Under the pieces are notes generated by a model. That model made no database searches and was not told where the DNA came from. It saw nothing but the letters and a program-made list of their open reading frames with translations. This document shows positions 60,576 to 64,000 of a stretch of 64,000 nucleotides of DNA, piece by piece. This DNA is from Candidatus Kapaibacterium sp. Lineage in GTDB: Bacteria > Bacteroidota > Ignavibacteria > Kapaibacteriales > UBA7675. Made by a program: the position numbers and the translations under genes. The stretch is taken from the NCBI GenBank assembly GCA_028284775.1, contig JANQRB010000074.1, positions 3,256-67,255 of the forward strand. The letters run 5' to 3'. Positions within the stretch are counted from its first letter, which is position 1, and every line of letters begins with the position of its first letter.

Positions 60576-61538
60576 TTGCGGCACTGTCTTGTTGGAAGTA
60601 AAGTCCCAGTCGGTATAGTCTTGCATTCCTTCCGTTTTTCCCATCCCGAAATGACCTAAGGTCTGAATTGATTACTTTGCATGTGATGCACATACTCGCC
60701 AGGGCAAGTATAGTTGAACATCGCAATCACGAGATTCAGTTAACTGGCGGGATACACTTCGGCCGTCGGAGTAGGTGTTTTGAGTTTGAGAATATTCGAA
60801 CATTACGAGTTATACTTTCCCGTTGCAGCGATTGCGAGAAGGAGGGGGGATGATTTTTTCCGGCACGGTTCCCGACCTTCAATACTTGGGATCCCCTTGA
60901 CGATGAGAACCTCTCCGACACCTTCACTGCTTTACGATCCTTTGCCAATAATTCAACTTCACAATTATGACCGATGCGCTTACCATCCGTTGCAACATAT
61001 TGCTGTTGCCCCACATTCAACTGGCTCCATTCTAAAAAATTTGCCTATTTAAGCCGCCAAAATCGAGGAATTTTTGTCCTCTTGAGTCTATCTCAATTAG
61101 AAGCCGATTTTTCGTATTCAATCCTGGCAGCCGGATAGCGCGGTCGTCACGACAAAGTGATGATAGTGTTAGAGCAATGATCGATACTGATGGAATCAGT
61201 GTAATCATTAAAACGGTTGTACAGGCAGGGCTTTCGGCTTCGCAGGCGCGACAATAGAATGCCCACATTTTGATTCCGATCCATTCCGTCGTCTTTCTGG
61301 CAACTCTTAAGATTGATTGTGTTCTCACGTTGAATGCAAGGGTGATCCCGGCCTGTGCACGCAACACAATTTTAGCTTGATTCGGACTGCACGCGAAAGT
61401 ACCGAATTCAGTCGTGCAATTGCTGAGAATTATTTAACAACTCTTTAGAAATGCCAGCGACTTAACTACCCAGCTACCTGATTTCTCTGCCCTACCCACA
61501 GAGTTAATCTTGTAAAACTACACGATCGATTTATACTT

Positions 61539-62414
61539 ATGAAAACTTCACGGTTTGGACGCGTGTGCGCCCTGTGCCTGGGTATTTATGTATTTCTGGC
61601 GGGGACAAGGGTAGCGGCTGACGAAAAACTGCTAATCTTTGACTTCAATCGCGACTGCGCGGCGGATACTTTATGCGGAGATATCAATGGCGATACGGTC
61701 GTCCCGACGCATATCCGCTGGGGCGATCATGCACCATGTCCGCCGCCGCCCGATCCCTTTCCCGACTCACTGCGGCATGCCCGCACGATGCTTAAACTGC
61801 CGCCCTGGCTGTGTATGAAGGTCATGGCGATCGCGGCGAATATGAATGCGGCGCAGGATGCGACAGATGACCTTACGATGTTTATGAAGGGCAAAAGCGA
61901 GGACGGCCAGGGCGGCTACCTCGACATGAAATGCGTCCTGCTGGTCTTTGGCCGTTACGGTCTGGATACGCTGGATACCTTGAATCTCTGTCTGGTGACC
62001 TCATCATCACTCAGCCTGCCCTTTGCGGCAATGAAGCTGAGCAGCAGCAACTTCAGCCGACCGACGGAGCTGTGGCCGGGTTTCAACAGCGCCCTGGCAT
62101 CACCCCTGACCATACCGACGCCCAAGGAGGGCATCGAAGCCTCGTCCGCCGCAGCGCCGGCGTTGAGCGGCAGCATCAGTCCGACACCCAGTAAGGATCA
62201 TGCGCTGCTCACGGTTCGTGGCCTGCCCGCCACAAGGCAGCACTTTCACATTGTCGATGCGCGCGGACGCCCTGTCCAGCGCTTCAGTCTGCCCGGCGGC
62301 CCGGAGCTACAGCATCGCCTCGACCTCAGTGCCCTGGCGGCGGGACAGTACTCCATTCTTGTCGCGCCCGATCAGACTTACTCGCTCAGGCTGCCCCTTA
62401 TTATCGTTCGTTAA
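61539..62414 (+). CDS. Secreted protein with T9SS-like C-terminal domain
   Basis: Signal peptide, 'DFNRD..AD' repeat-like motif, 'SPTP...IVDARG...LDLSALAAGQY'. Confidence 0.7.
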   Translation: MKTSRFGRVCALCLGIYVFLAGTRVAADEKLLIFDFNRDCAADTLCGDINGDTVVPTHIRWGDHAPCPPPPDPFPDSLRHARTMLKLPPWLCMKVMAIAANMNAAQDATDDLTMFMKGKSEDGQGGYLDMKCVLLVFGRYGLDTLDTLNLCLVTSSSLSLPFAAMKLSSSNFSRPTELWPGFNSALASPLTIPTPKEGIEASSAAAPALSGSISPTPSKDHALLTVRGLPATRQHFHIVDARGRPVQRFSLPGGPELQHRLDLSALAAGQYSILVAPDQTYSLRLPLIIVR

Positions 62415-62477
62415 GCGCACGCGCTGTCGGTACTACAGTTCTATTGTCAATATTTCCCACGATTCAAGATACATACA

Positions 62478-64000
62478 ATGAATATTTTCAATCGCATCGT
62501 CCTGTGCGGTCTCGCCGCGCTCTGCTTGCTTGTTTACTCTGACGCGCCGCTGCGCGCGCAATATTCCGGCTATGTGCTCAACATGGAGCACGCCGCCGAC
62601 CTGCACAATGAACATGGCATGTTCAACGGTTCGTCGGTCTTGGTCGATGGTAACCTCCAGGTGTCGAATTCCACCGGAGTTGTTAGCTATTCCTATCCGA
62701 TATCGAATCACAGCGTGATGGGCACGCCAATTCCGGTGAGCTTGAACTACTGCGGCTCGGTAAAGTTTACTGCCTACCGCCATTTTTATGCCGGCAGCGA
62801 CGGTGCCGACCCTGAATACAGTGTCTTGTGGCCGGAATTCGGCGAGTCGGTGACGGTCTTCAATGGAGTGCCGAACGCTTCACACTACGACTCGTGGACA
62901 CAATTTTCCGTTCAGCGCCCGGCATGGGTCATTTCGGTCGGCGGCTTCGCTGTGCAGGTGCTCCACCACAATACGGATTTAACCTTTGACTACGACGTCA
63001 TCGGCAATGATCAGCTCGAATTTTTTGATGGAGCCTTTAACTGGAACGTCGACGGCTACGATGTCTGCGGCGGTATGAATCTGTTTCAGAACAATGAAGA
63101 CAGAGATCGCATCCGCCTGCTGCGCGGCGACGGCTCAGTGCTGGAATTACGCAACCGCGTGTTTAAGGAATACAGCTCCGACAGCGATCCTTACAAGTCG
63201 GCAGATCTCTGGACGGGCTATTACTATCCGGACAACTCCAATCCTTCAGGATATGCAATAGTCGAAGTCAATCAATCAGGCTTTGAGATTCTTCAGAATC
63301 GTACGGGCATCGGAGCCGACGATGTCGGCTATGCGCCGCGCATCGTGCGCTGGTTTCCGGGCGACGGCCTGGAGTATGTGTTTTACGAGGAAAAAATGCC
63401 CTACGGCGAGGCCGCCTACAAAGGCCACATACGCAAGGGCAATAAGTCCAGTGGGACAAGTATGTTTTATCTGCGCGAAATTAACAGCTCCGCCGGTCTT
63501 GTGAACAGCATCGGCTACGCACGTCACTATGACGTCTTCGAACCCTCCACCGGACGCGCGGTGATGACGGATCTGCACGGCCACCGTTTTTCCTATTCCA
63601 ATTCCGGTGTGTCCATTGATGCGCTCGGACGCAATATCAAGGTGTTCTTTTCGGCGACGGGCCGCGGTCATGCCGCGGGCAGCGCTCTGCCGCTGGGCAG
63701 CCTGGGCTACGCCGGCTACGGCGCTGAATCCTACAGCTCCTGGACCGGCATGGTTAAATGGATCGTGGATCCCGAGGGCCGCCGTACAGATTTCAGCTAT
63801 GACGACCACTTACGCGTCTATCAGGACTTTAACTTCCCGGTGAAAAACTCTGACTCCGGTCCGGTGAAGCTGACACTCAGTCACAAACGCCTGGCTACGA
63901 TCAAAACACCCACCTTCGATCAGCAGCTAAGCTACTACAATGGCGGCATAGAGACAATCACCGGCAGTTTCGCCGAATCGAATACAAGCCCGCCCTTTGT
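62478..64000 (+). CDS. Large secreted RHS/YD-repeat-like protein, runs off the window (not in ORF track)
   Basis: MNIFNRIVLCGLAALCLLVYSDAPLRAQ signal; 'STGVVSYSYPI...IPVSLNY', 'IVDPEGRRTDFSYD'; no stop seen to the window end. Confidence 0.65.
   Translation, partial: MNIFNRIVLCGLAALCLLVYSDAPLRAQYSGYVLNMEHAADLHNEHGMFNGSSVLVDGNLQVSNSTGVVSYSYPISNHSVMGTPIPVSLNYCGSVKFTAYRHFYAGSDGADPEYSVLWPEFGESVTVFNGVPNASHYDSWTQFSVQRPAWVISVGGFAVQVLHHNTDLTFDYDVIGNDQLEFFDGAFNWNVDGYDVCGGMNLFQNNEDRDRIRLLRGDGSVLELRNRVFKEYSSDSDPYKSADLWTGYYYPDNSNPSGYAIVEVNQSGFEILQNRTGIGADDVGYAPRIVRWFPGDGLEYVFYEEKMPYGEAAYKGHIRKGNKSSGTSMFYLREINSSAGLVNSIGYARHYDVFEPSTGRAVMTDLHGHRFSYSNSGVSIDALGRNIKVFFSATGRGHAAGSALPLGSLGYAGYGAESYSSWTGMVKWIVDPEGRRTDFSYDDHLRVYQDFNFPVKNSDSGPVKLTLSHKRLATIKTPTFDQQLSYYNGGIETITGSFAESNTSPPF

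Noticed and set aside
60576..61538. Short ORFs in the 960-bp gap (60780..61052, 61032..61367)
   Set aside because: Alternative starts, no RBS or motifs, atypical composition; treated as intergenic.
73..63843. Many overlapping or antisense ORFs in the track (e.g. 1421..2089, 16657..17355, 44568..45356, 63276..63809)
   Set aside because: Shadow frames of well-supported genes with no family motifs.
1..64000. CRISPR array, transposase, integrase, reverse transcriptase
   Set aside because: No regularly spaced repeats or recognisable catalytic motifs seen.

Overview
Bacterial chromosomal window, probably from the Bacteroidota/Chlorobiota-Ignavibacteria-Kapabacteria sphere. This is inferred from T9SS-type C-terminal domains, choice-of-anchor-D/cohesin-like surface proteins and TonB receptors with carboxypeptidase-regulatory N-termini. 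Recognisable content: pruA, an FAD oxidoreductase, an ECF sigma/anti-sigma pair with a divergent lipoprotein, two TonB receptors (one in an OprC-like copper-uptake operon), a surface-glycosylation cluster, a LysR/AhpD/SRPBCC/rhodanese cluster, a low-GC AraC/SDR islet and the start of an RHS/YD-like protein. No rRNA, tRNA, CRISPR array or transposase was recognised. Most unusual signals: (1) a compact operon combining an unknown beta protein, a deiminase-fold enzyme, an extended asparaginase, a helical+V4R protein and a PNP/nucleosidase effector (53.7-59.6 kb). (2) Two paralogous ~510-aa helical proteins, each divergent from an orphan operon whose upstream DNA shares CTGyTsAATCTGTTGG-N20-GTCAAAA. 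(3) A 1.76-kb ORF-free region packed with structured RNA candidates, including a ~75-nt sRNA whose 5' 15 nt are complementary to a hairpin arm in a neighbouring large RNA. (4) Three TPR-LuxR regulators, two followed by small secreted Cys-rich proteins with a shared upstream motif. (5) Two leader-peptide-bearing bacteriocin/RiPP-like orphans. All calls come from reading the sequence by eye; no database searches or folding programs were run.
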